Source of the DNA: a virus
Lineage: Duplodnaviria; Heunggongvirae; Uroviricota; Caudoviricetes
Reading direction: 5' to 3' (one strand)
Virus record (IMG/VR): IMGVR_UViG_648276647_000019
Coordinates: 1-45,585 of that record
Length of the DNA: 45,585 bases
Position numbers and translations under genes: made by a program. This document shows, in pieces, positions 23,875 to 31,773 of the stretch. The notes beneath the pieces were generated by a model. That model saw only the letters and a list, made by a program, of their open reading frames with translations, searched no databases and was not told where the DNA came from. Each line of letters begins with the position of its first letter. Position 1 is the stretch's first letter.

Positions 23875-25463
23875 AACGCGCGCCAGTATTGATTGACGTG
23901 AACGGCAACCCCCTTCGCGGGAGTATGAGCTATACAGGTGGCGGGACTGGTTTTGGCGGGCAGATGATCGACTGGATTCCACCGGTACAAAGTGTGGATG
24001 CAGCGCTGTTACCGTCACTTCGTCTGGGTAATGCACGCGCGGATGACCTGGTGCGCAATAACGGGATTGCGGCTAATGCAGTGTCCCTGCATAAGGATCA
24101 TATCGTCGGACACATGTTCCTGATCAGCTATCGCCCCGACTGGCGCTGGCTGGGGATGCGTGAAACGGCAGCGAAAAGTTTTATAGATGAGGTTGAAGCG
24201 GCCTGGTCGGAATATGCAGAAGGGATGTTTGGCGAGATCGACGTGGAAGGTAAACGCACCTTTACCGAATTTATTCGTGAAGGTGTGGGCGTTCATGCTT
24301 TTAACGGTGAAATTTTTGTGCAGCCGGTCTGGGAGGTGGAGACCACACAACTGTTTCGTACGCGCTTTAAAGCGGTAAGTCCGAAGCGGGTGGACACGCC
24401 GGGACATGCCACCGGGAATCGCTTTCTGCGTGCGGGGGTGGAAACTGACCGCAATGGACGGGCGCTGGCTTATCATATCTGTGAAGATGACTGGCCGTCA
24501 TCAGGTACTGGTGGCTGGGTGCGGGTGCCCGGAGAACTGCCCACGGGGCGTCCGGGGATGCTGCATATTTTTGAACCTGTGGAGGACGGACAGACCCGTG
24601 GAGCCAATCAGTTTTACAGCGTCATGGAACGGCTGAAGATGCTGGATTCCCTGCAGGCCACGCAGCTTCAGTCGGCCATCGTGAAGGCGATGTATGCAGC
24701 CACAATCGAAAGCGAACTGGATACCGATAAGGCGTTTGAGTATATCGCTGGTGCGCCGGAGGAGCAGAAGGATAATCCATTGATTTATATGCTGATGAAG
24801 TATTCGCGCTGGTATGACACGAATAACGTGACGCTGGGTGGCGTCAAAATTCCGCACCTTTTCCCCGGTGATGCGCTGAACCTGCAGACTGCGCAGGATT
24901 CAGACAATGGATTTTCGGCGCTTGAACAGGCGCTGCTGCGGTATATCGCCGCCGGTCTTGGCGTTTCCTACGAACAGTTGTCCCGTGATTACTCGAAGGT
25001 CAGTTATTCAAGTGCCCGCGCATCCGCCAATGAGTCGTGGCGCTATTTTATGGGGCGGCGAAAATTTATTGCGGCCCGGCTGGCCACGCAGATGTTTTCC
25101 TGCTGGCTGGAAGAGGCACTTCTTCGGGGGATTATTCGTCCGCCACGGGCGCGTTTTGATTTTTATCAGGCGCGATCAGCCTGGTCACGGGCAGAGTGGA
25201 TTGGTGCCGGAAGAATGGCCATTGACGGGCTCAAGGAGGTTCAGGAATCAGTGATGCGCATTGAGGCCGGACTGAGCACGTATGAGAAAGAGCTGGCGCT
25301 GATGGGCGAGGATTATCAGGACATTTTCCGCCAGCAGGTCAGGGAATCTGCAGAGCGGCAAAAAGCCGGACTCTCACGTCCGGTGTGGATAGCGCAGGCG
25401 TATCAGCAGCAGATAGCGGAGAGTCGCAGGCCGGAAGAGGAGACAACACCACGTGAGACGTAA
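23871..25463 (+). CDS. B: Portal protein B
   Basis: Strong similarity to lambda gpB (GNARADDLVRNNG, FEPVEDGQTRGAN, LLRYIAAGLGVSYEQLSR); GTG start overlapping the W stop. Confidence 0.95.
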   Translation: MKRAPVLIDVNGNPLRGSMSYTGGGTGFGGQMIDWIPPVQSVDAALLPSLRLGNARADDLVRNNGIAANAVSLHKDHIVGHMFLISYRPDWRWLGMRETAAKSFIDEVEAAWSEYAEGMFGEIDVEGKRTFTEFIREGVGVHAFNGEIFVQPVWEVETTQLFRTRFKAVSPKRVDTPGHATGNRFLRAGVETDRNGRALAYHICEDDWPSSGTGGWVRVPGELPTGRPGMLHIFEPVEDGQTRGANQFYSVMERLKMLDSLQATQLQSAIVKAMYAATIESELDTDKAFEYIAGAPEEQKDNPLIYMLMKYSRWYDTNNVTLGGVKIPHLFPGDALNLQTAQDSDNGFSALEQALLRYIAAGLGVSYEQLSRDYSKVSYSSARASANESWRYFMGRRKFIAARLATQMFSCWLEEALLRGIIRPPRARFDFYQARSAWSRAEWIGAGRMAIDGLKEVQESVMRIEAGLSTYEKELALMGEDYQDIFRQQVRESAERQKAGLSRPVWIAQAYQQQIAESRRPEEETTPRET

Positions 25464-26958
25464 TCTTTCACACATTATTGCCGCAGCATTCAATGAACCG
25501 CTGCTTCTGGAGCCCGCCTATGCGCGGGTTTTCTTTTGCGCGCTCGGGCGCGAGATGGGGGCAGCAAGTCTTTCGGTACCACAGCAGCAGGTACAGCTTG
25601 ATGCTCCCGGAATGCTGGCTGAAACGGACGAGTACATGGCCGGAGGTAAACGACCGGCCCGTGTTTACAGGGTGGTGAACGGTATTGCTGTACTGCCGGT
25701 GACAGGCACGCTGGTACACCGGCTGGGGGGAATGCGACCGTTTTCCGGAATGACAGGCTATGACGGCATTGTTACCTGTCTTCAGCAGGCAATGGCAGAC
25801 ACTTCGGTCCGGGGAGTACTGCTGGACATTGACAGCCCCGGCGGGCAGGCTGCCGGCGCGTTTGACTGCGCCGACATGATTTATCGCCTCCGGGAACAAA
25901 AGCCTGTCTGGGCGCTGTGTAATGACATGGCCTGTTCTGCCGCCATGTTACTGGCGGCGGCCTGTTCGCGCCGACTGATCACGCAGACGGCAAAAACGGG
26001 GTCGATTGGTGTGATGATGGCGCATACCAGTTACGAGAAACAACTGGCACAGGACGGAGTGGATATCACGCTGATTTACTCCGGGCAGCGCAAGGTTGAC
26101 GGTAACAGCATTCAGGCATTGCCGGCAGGTGTGCGGGCGGATTTTCAGCAACGTATTGATGAAGCCCGCCGGATGTTTGCTGAAAAAGTGGCGATATATA
26201 CCGGTTTATCTGTGGATGCAGTTATGGAGACAGAGGCCGCCGTTTTTGACGGTCAGTCCGGTATTGAGGCCGGGCTGGCGGATGAATTAATTAATGCGTC
26301 GGATGCTATTGACGTGATGGCAGCGGCGCTGAATACACACAATACAGGAGGCATTATGCCGCAATTAACTGCAACGGAAGCTGCCGCGCAGGAGAACCAG
26401 CGAGTGATGGGGATCCTGACGTGTCAGGAAGCGAAAGGACGTGAACAGCTTGCCACGATGCTGGCAGGGCAACAGGGCATGAGCGTTGAACAGGCCCGGG
26501 CGATTTTGTCCGTGGCGGTAGCACAGCAACCTGTTGCATCCGCGCAGAGTGAAGCCGATCGCATTATGGCGTGCGAAGAAGCGAACGGTCGTGAACAACT
26601 GGCTGCAACGCTGGCGGCGATGCCGGATATGACAGTGGAAAAAGCCCGCCCGATCCTGGCTGCTTCACCGCAGGCGGATGCCGGACCATCACTCCGTGAT
26701 CAAATCATGGCTCTGGATGAGGCGAAAGGGGCTGAGGCGCAGGCTGAAAAACTGGCGGCCTGCCCGGGAATGACTGTGGAGAACGCCCGGGCTGTACTGG
26801 CTGCGGGATCAGGTAAAGCAGAACCGGTCTCTGCATCCACAACCGCCCTGTTTGAACGTTTCATGGCGAACCATTCACCGGCAGCGGTGCAGGGCGGCGT
26901 GTCACAGACGTCAGCAGACGGTGATGCGGACGTGAAAATGCTCATGACCATGCCATAA
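25453..26958 (+). CDS. C: Prohead protease/scaffold protein C (S49 family; Nu3-like scaffold in C-terminal part)
   Basis: Similarity to lambda gpC (AFNEPLLLEPAYARVFFCAL, GSIGVMMAH); three tandem ~40-aa repeats in the C-terminal part. Confidence 0.9.
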   Translation: MRRNLSHIIAAAFNEPLLLEPAYARVFFCALGREMGAASLSVPQQQVQLDAPGMLAETDEYMAGGKRPARVYRVVNGIAVLPVTGTLVHRLGGMRPFSGMTGYDGIVTCLQQAMADTSVRGVLLDIDSPGGQAAGAFDCADMIYRLREQKPVWALCNDMACSAAMLLAAACSRRLITQTAKTGSIGVMMAHTSYEKQLAQDGVDITLIYSGQRKVDGNSIQALPAGVRADFQQRIDEARRMFAEKVAIYTGLSVDAVMETEAAVFDGQSGIEAGLADELINASDAIDVMAAALNTHNTGGIMPQLTATEAAAQENQRVMGILTCQEAKGREQLATMLAGQQGMSVEQARAILSVAVAQQPVASAQSEADRIMACEEANGREQLAATLAAMPDMTVEKARPILAASPQADAGPSLRDQIMALDEAKGAEAQAEKLAACPGMTVENARAVLAAGSGKAEPVSASTTALFERFMANHSPAAVQGGVSQTSADGDADVKMLMTMP

Positions 26959-26994
26959 AGTCACTGCAGATTATCAATACGAGGTTTTAACAAT

Positions 26995-27333
26995 ATGGTG
27001 ACGAAAACCATCACTGAACAGCGTACGGAAGTATGTATTTTTGCCGGTAATGATCCGGCTCATACCGCCACAGGCAGCAGCGGGATTTCCTCGCCAACAC
27101 CGGCACTGACGCCCCTGATGCTGGATGAAGCCACCGGGAAACTGGTGGTCTGGGACGGACAGAAAGCCGGTACCGCCGTGGGGGTTCTTGCCCTGGAGCT
27201 GACTGGCGCTGAACCCGGCCTGACTTACTACAAAACCGGCACTTTTGCTACTGAAGCGCTGAAATGGCCTGCTTCCGTGGATGAGGTAAAAAAGGCGAAT
27301 GCATTTGCCGGTAGTGCCATCAGCCATGTGTAA
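26995..27333 (+). CDS. D: Head decoration protein D
   Basis: Similarity to lambda gpD (DPAHTATG..., YKTGTF, FAGSAIS); ATG after GAGG. Confidence 0.9.
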   Translation: MVTKTITEQRTEVCIFAGNDPAHTATGSSGISSPTPALTPLMLDEATGKLVVWDGQKAGTAVGVLALELTGAEPGLTYYKTGTFATEALKWPASVDEVKKANAFAGSAISHV

Positions 27334-27359
27334 GAGCCCCCCTTCATCCCACCTTCACA

Positions 27360-27386
27360 GGGCCGCATGCGCGGCCCTTGTTTTTT
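27360..27386 (+). terminator. Intrinsic terminator/attenuator between D and E
   Basis: GGGCCGC-AUGC-GCGGCCC followed by UUGUUUUUU. Confidence 0.5.
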
Positions 27387-27413
27387 CCGTATTCATTTAA
27401 GGAACGAATAATT

Positions 27414-28442
27414 ATGGGCTTATTTACAACCCGCCAGTTGCTTGGTTACACCGAGCAGAAAGTGAAATTTCGTGCGTTATTTCTGGAACTGTTTTTTCGC
27501 CGCACGATCAACTTCCATACCGAAGAAGTGATGCTGGACAAAATTACCGGCAAAACACCGGTTGCGGCGTATGTTTCTCCGGTCGTGGAAGGGAAAGTGT
27601 TGCGTAACCGTGGTGGTGAAACGCGTGTCCTGCGTCCCGGTTATGTGAAGCCGAAACATGAGGTGAACTATCAGCAGGCGGTGGAACGTCTGCCCGGAGA
27701 AGATCCTGCACAGCTGAACGACCCGGCTTATCGTCGTCTGCGTATCATCACCGATAATCTGAAGCAGGAAGAGCAGGCCATTGTCCAGGTGGAAGAGATG
27801 CAGGCGGTGAATGCCGTTCTGTATGGTAAGTACACCATGGCCGGTGAACAGTTTGAAACGGTGGAAGTGGACTTTGGTCGTTCTGCCGCGAATAACATCA
27901 CGCAGGGTAGCGGTAAGGAGTGGTCAAAACAGAACACGGAGACGTTCGACCCGACGCATGATATTGACCTCTACTGTGATCAGGCCAGCGGTATGGTGAA
28001 TATTGCCATTATGGACGGTACGGTATGGCGTCTGCTGAATGGTTTTAAGCTGTTCCGCGAAAAACTGGATACCCGCCGGGGCTCAAATTCGCAACTGGAA
28101 ACGGCAGCGAAAGACCTGGGGGCTGTGGTTTCCTTTAAAGGGTATTACGGCGATCTGGCGATAGTGGTGGCAAAAACGTCTTATGTGGCGGCTGATGGTA
28201 CCGAAACCCGCTACCTGCCTGAGGGCACGCTGGTGCTGGGGAATACGGCGGCTGATGGGATCCGTTGCTATGGGGCCATTCAGGATGCCGGAGCGCTGAA
28301 CGAGGGGATCGTGTCGTCGGCCCGCTATCCGAAACACTGGCTGACGGTGGGCGACCCGGCCCGTGAATTCACCATGACGCAGTCCTCGCCGTTGATGGTG
28401 TTACCGGATCCGGATGAGTTTGTGGTGGTGCAGGTTAAATAA
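27414..28442 (+). CDS. E: Major capsid protein E
   Basis: Strong similarity to lambda gpE (YVKPKHEVN, EEMQAVNAVLYGKYTM, TGDPAREFTM); ATG 27414 after AAGGAA. Confidence 0.95.
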   Translation: MGLFTTRQLLGYTEQKVKFRALFLELFFRRTINFHTEEVMLDKITGKTPVAAYVSPVVEGKVLRNRGGETRVLRPGYVKPKHEVNYQQAVERLPGEDPAQLNDPAYRRLRIITDNLKQEEQAIVQVEEMQAVNAVLYGKYTMAGEQFETVEVDFGRSAANNITQGSGKEWSKQNTETFDPTHDIDLYCDQASGMVNIAIMDGTVWRLLNGFKLFREKLDTRRGSNSQLETAAKDLGAVVSFKGYYGDLAIVVAKTSYVAADGTETRYLPEGTLVLGNTAADGIRCYGAIQDAGALNEGIVSSARYPKHWLTVGDPAREFTMTQSSPLMVLPDPDEFVVVQVK

Positions 28443-28449
28443 TCCGTGA

Positions 28450-28476
28450 GCGGGAGCGAAATGCTCCCGTTTTCAT
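28450..28476 (+). terminator. Intrinsic terminator-like hairpin after E
   Basis: CGGGAGC-GAAAU-GCUCCCG followed by UUUUCAUU. Confidence 0.45.
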
Positions 28477-28492
28477 TCAACCGGGAGCAGAT

Positions 28493-28894
28493 ATGGCAAA
28501 GAAAGACGAGAACCTGATACGTCTGAAGGAACTGGCAGAATTGCTGGGGCGTGAGCCTGATATGTCGGGAAGCGCAGCAGATATTGCGCAGCGTGTGGCA
28601 GAACTGGAAGAAGAGCTTGGCGATGCGGATGGCTCTGCTGATCAGGGGGCGCATCCCGCGCAGGAAAGGGAGCTGACCGGACATGAAAATGAGGTGGTAT
28701 CAGCGCAGCCGGATACCGTGATTCAGGATACGGCTGATCTGGTCACGGTCGTGGCACTGGTGACGCTGCATACCGATGCACTTCATGCCACGCGGGATGC
28801 GCCTGTGTCACTTGTGTTGCCCGGGAAGGCATTCCGTGTCTCTGCCAGTGTGGCAGCCGGTATGACAGAACGTGGTCTGGTCAGAATGCAATAA
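28493..28894 (+). CDS. FI: DNA packaging protein FI
   Basis: Similarity to lambda gpFI (LTGHENEVVSAQPDTVIQDTADLVTVVALVTLHTDALHATRD). Confidence 0.85.
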   Translation: MAKKDENLIRLKELAELLGREPDMSGSAADIAQRVAELEEELGDADGSADQGAHPAQERELTGHENEVVSAQPDTVIQDTADLVTVVALVTLHTDALHATRDAPVSLVLPGKAFRVSASVAAGMTERGLVRMQ

Positions 28895-28905
28895 CGGGAG
28901 GCGGT

Positions 28906-29277
28906 ATGGCTGATTTTGACAACCTCTTTGATGGTGCGATTGCGGATGCTGATGAAGCCATTCTGAGGACGATGGGCATTCCGGTACAGATTACGTCGGG
29001 ACGACTGGCGGGAGTGACGATCACCGGTATTTATGATGATCCGGAGAATATCGCCATGGTTGCAGGTGGTATCCGTCTGGAAGACTCCCTGCCGTCCTTG
29101 TTTGTCAGAACGGCATCGGTTTCCCTGCTGTGTCGTCAGGATACTCTGGATATCGGGGGCGAGTCGTTCTTCGTGGATCGTATTACTCCGGATGACGGGG
29201 GCAGTTGCTGTGTGCATCTGCGCCGTCATCCGGGGCAATCAGCCAGCAGTCCGGGCGGTATGTATGAAAGGACTTGA
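28906..29277 (+). CDS. FII: Head-tail connector protein FII
   Basis: Similarity to lambda gpFII (MADFDNLFD...DDPENI...PSLFVRT...PDDGGSC). Confidence 0.85.
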   Translation: MADFDNLFDGAIADADEAILRTMGIPVQITSGRLAGVTITGIYDDPENIAMVAGGIRLEDSLPSLFVRTASVSLLCRQDTLDIGGESFFVDRITPDDGGSCCVHLRRHPGQSASSPGGMYERT

Positions 29278-29842
29278 GAATGCCATCCGTAATCTGAACA
29301 GCCTTGATACCCGTATGGTGCCACAGGCCTGCGCATGGGCGATAAACCGTGTGGCACAGAAAGCGGTTTCGTTTGCCACACATCAGGTCGCGCAGAATAC
29401 CGTGGCGGGGGATAACCAGGTGAAGGGGATCCCCTTTCACCTGGTGAAAGAACGTGTCCGGCTACTGAAAGCCGGCCCTGACGGAAAAATGTATGCCCGC
29501 ATGCGCGTTAACCGGGGCAACCTGCCCGCCATCAAACTGGGAGCCGCACGGGTCAGACTGGCGCGTCGTGGCGGAAAACTGCGGTTCCGGGGCAGTGTGC
29601 TGAAGGTGGGCAGATATCTTTTCCGGGATGCGTTTATTCAGCAACTGGCAAACGGTCGCTGGCATGTGATGCAGCGTACTGAAGGCAAAAATCGTTACCC
29701 CATTGACGTGGTGAAAATCCCGATGGACGGACCGCTGACACAGGCATTTAACGATGCCCGCGACCGCATCATTGCGGCGGAGATGCCAAAAGAACTGGGG
29801 TATGCACTGAAACAACAACTGAGGTTATGGCTGACCCGATGA
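29264..29842 (+). CDS. Z: Tail completion protein Z
   Basis: Similarity to lambda gpZ (MKGLENAIRNLNSLDTRMVPQACAWAINRVA); internal ATG at 29264. Confidence 0.85.
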   Translation: MKGLENAIRNLNSLDTRMVPQACAWAINRVAQKAVSFATHQVAQNTVAGDNQVKGIPFHLVKERVRLLKAGPDGKMYARMRVNRGNLPAIKLGAARVRLARRGGKLRFRGSVLKVGRYLFRDAFIQQLANGRWHVMQRTEGKNRYPIDVVKIPMDGPLTQAFNDARDRIIAAEMPKELGYALKQQLRLWLTR

Positions 29843-30240
29843 ACAGACACACACAAATCCGCCAGGTCGTGCTGACACGCCTGCGGGACGAATGCGGGGA
29901 GCGCGCGGCGCTTCTGGACGGGCTTCCGGTATTCATTGATGCGCAGGAGCTTCCCGCCGTGGCGGTATGGCTGAGTGATGCACAGTACACCGGAAAAATG
30001 ACGGATGAAGACGACTGGCAGGCGGTTCTGCATATTGCTGTTTTCATCCGGGCACAGGCACCGGATTCAGAGCTGGATATGTGGATGGAGAATACCGTTT
30101 TTCCGGCCCTGAATGACATTCCGGCCCTTTCCGGACTCATCGACACGCTGATCCCGCTCGGTTTTAACTATCAGCGTGATAATGAGATGGCCACCTGGGC
30201 GATGGCGGAAATCACGTATCAGATCACCTACACAACTTAA
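29827..30240 (+). CDS. U: Tail terminator protein U
   Basis: Similarity to lambda gpU (AVAVWLSDAQYTG, DIPALSGLI). Confidence 0.9.
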   Translation: MADPMNRHTQIRQVVLTRLRDECGERAALLDGLPVFIDAQELPAVAVWLSDAQYTGKMTDEDDWQAVLHIAVFIRAQAPDSELDMWMENTVFPALNDIPALSGLIDTLIPLGFNYQRDNEMATWAMAEITYQITYTT

Positions 30241-30250
30241 GGAGGTGGCA

Positions 30251-30994
30251 ATGACCACACCAAATCCACTGGAAAAAATGAAAGGGGCGGGGACCACACT
30301 CTGGTTGTATACCGGTAACGGCGATGCATATTCGAATCCCTTATCAGATGCTGACTGGCTGCGTCTTGCGATGGTGAAGGATCTGCAGCCGGGTGAAATG
30401 ACCGCGGATGCCGAGGATGATGACTATCTTGATGATGAAAATGCCGACTGGAAAAGCACCACACAGGGGCAGAAATCCGTCGGCGATACGTCGGCAACGC
30501 TGGCCTGGCGTCCGGGGGACAGCGGGCAGAAGAAACTGGTTCAGCTGTTCGACTCCGGCGAAGTCTGTGCGTTTCGCATCAGATATCCCAACGGCACGGT
30601 TGATGTGTTTCGCGGCTGGGTGAGTTCACTGGGTAAAACCATCGCGGCAAAAGACGTGATGACCCGTACCGTGAAAATCAGCGGCGTGGGACGTCCGTAC
30701 CTGGCGGAAGAAAGTACGGAGACGGTCCGCGTGACCGGGCTGACGGTGGCACCGGCATCCGTCAGTATCAGGGAGGGGGCCACAGCCACGCTGACCTTTA
30801 CGGTAAAACCTGAGGACGCCGGAGACAAAAACATCCGTGTGCTTTCTACGGATCCGCAGACAGCCACGGTGACCCTGAGCGGCCCTGTGGCCACGGTGAA
30901 AGGTGTGAGGCAGGGCAGTGCCACCGTGGTGGGCATGACTTCTGACGGCGATCTGGTGGCGGCGGCGGTGGTGACTGTCAGCGCGGCGGGTTAA
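30251..30994 (+). CDS. V: Major tail tube protein V
   Basis: Similarity to lambda gpV (KGAGTTLWLY, NGTVDVFRGWVSS, C-terminal Ig-like segment); ATG 30251 after AAGGAGG. Confidence 0.95.
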   Translation: MTTPNPLEKMKGAGTTLWLYTGNGDAYSNPLSDADWLRLAMVKDLQPGEMTADAEDDDYLDDENADWKSTTQGQKSVGDTSATLAWRPGDSGQKKLVQLFDSGEVCAFRIRYPNGTVDVFRGWVSSLGKTIAAKDVMTRTVKISGVGRPYLAEESTETVRVTGLTVAPASVSIREGATATLTFTVKPEDAGDKNIRVLSTDPQTATVTLSGPVATVKGVRQGSATVVGMTSDGDLVAAAVVTVSAAG

Positions 30995-31021
30995 CAGGAT
31001 GATACACATCATTATTTATTT

Positions 31022-31045
31022 GCCCCGGTTATCCGGGGCTTTTTG
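31022..31045 (+). terminator. Intrinsic terminator-like hairpin after V
   Basis: GCCCCGG-UUAU-CCGGGGC followed by UUUUUG. Confidence 0.5.
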
Positions 31046-31057
31046 CAGGTGGAGAAC

Positions 31058-31450
31058 ATGATGTTTCTGAAACAGGACACGTTTAATTACGGCGAACAGT
31101 CTGTGGTGCTGACGGAACTTTCCGGGCTGCAGCGGGTGGACTGGCTGGCGTTTGTCCGGGAGCGTACGGCCGCCTTTGATGAACAGGTGGTGGATATGGC
31201 AGAGCCGGAGCGTCAGATCGCCTTTCTGGGAATGGGGATGGATTTGAACGCCTGGCTGGTCTCCCGCTCACTGTGGAATGCCGATCAGTCTCAGGATGCC
31301 GGGGCGCTTTATTCCGCTGTCCGCATAACATGGTCTTATGATGCGCTGGGGCAGGCAGCGGAACGCATTCTGTCCCTGAGTGGCATGGCCCCGGCGGAAG
31401 TCCGTGATGACAGTGACACACAGGCGGCACTGACGCCGGAAAAGTCCTGA
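31058..31450 (+). CDS. G: Tail assembly chaperone G
   Basis: Similarity to lambda gpG; ATG 31058 after GGTGGAG. Confidence 0.9.
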   Translation: MMFLKQDTFNYGEQSVVLTELSGLQRVDWLAFVRERTAAFDEQVVDMAEPERQIAFLGMGMDLNAWLVSRSLWNADQSQDAGALYSAVRITWSYDALGQAAERILSLSGMAPAEVRDDSDTQAALTPEKS

Positions 31451-31458
31451 CGCAGGAA

Positions 31459-31773
31459 ATGCAGTTTGTCATGCACCTTGCCCGGGAGTTCCGGCGGGCA
31501 GACTGGCGGCGGATGCTGTCGGAGATGTCGGCCACGGAGCTGGGTGAGTGGGGCGATTATTTCCGGATGCAGAGCTTTGGTGATATCTGGCTGGATGCGC
31601 AGTTTTCCACGCTGAAATCGCTGATTGTGCAGATGGTGTCCGGTGAACGTTTTCCGGCCGGTGAGTTCAGTCTGGTACCGGATGAGGGGGCGATTGCTGA
31701 ACGGACGGATGATGAACTGATGCACCTGGGGGAAGGCATTTCCGGAGGAGTGAGATTTGAGCCAGATAGCTGA
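31459..31773 (+). CDS. T: Tail assembly protein T segment (expressed as G-T fusion by -1 programmed frameshift near 31438-31447)
   Basis: ORF in the -1 frame relative to G, beginning right after the G stop; lambda G/GT arrangement; slippery site appears noncanonical (GGAAAAG). Confidence 0.75.
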   Translation: MQFVMHLAREFRRADWRRMLSEMSATELGEWGDYFRMQSFGDIWLDAQFSTLKSLIVQMVSGERFPAGEFSLVPDEGAIAERTDDELMHLGEGISGGVRFEPDS

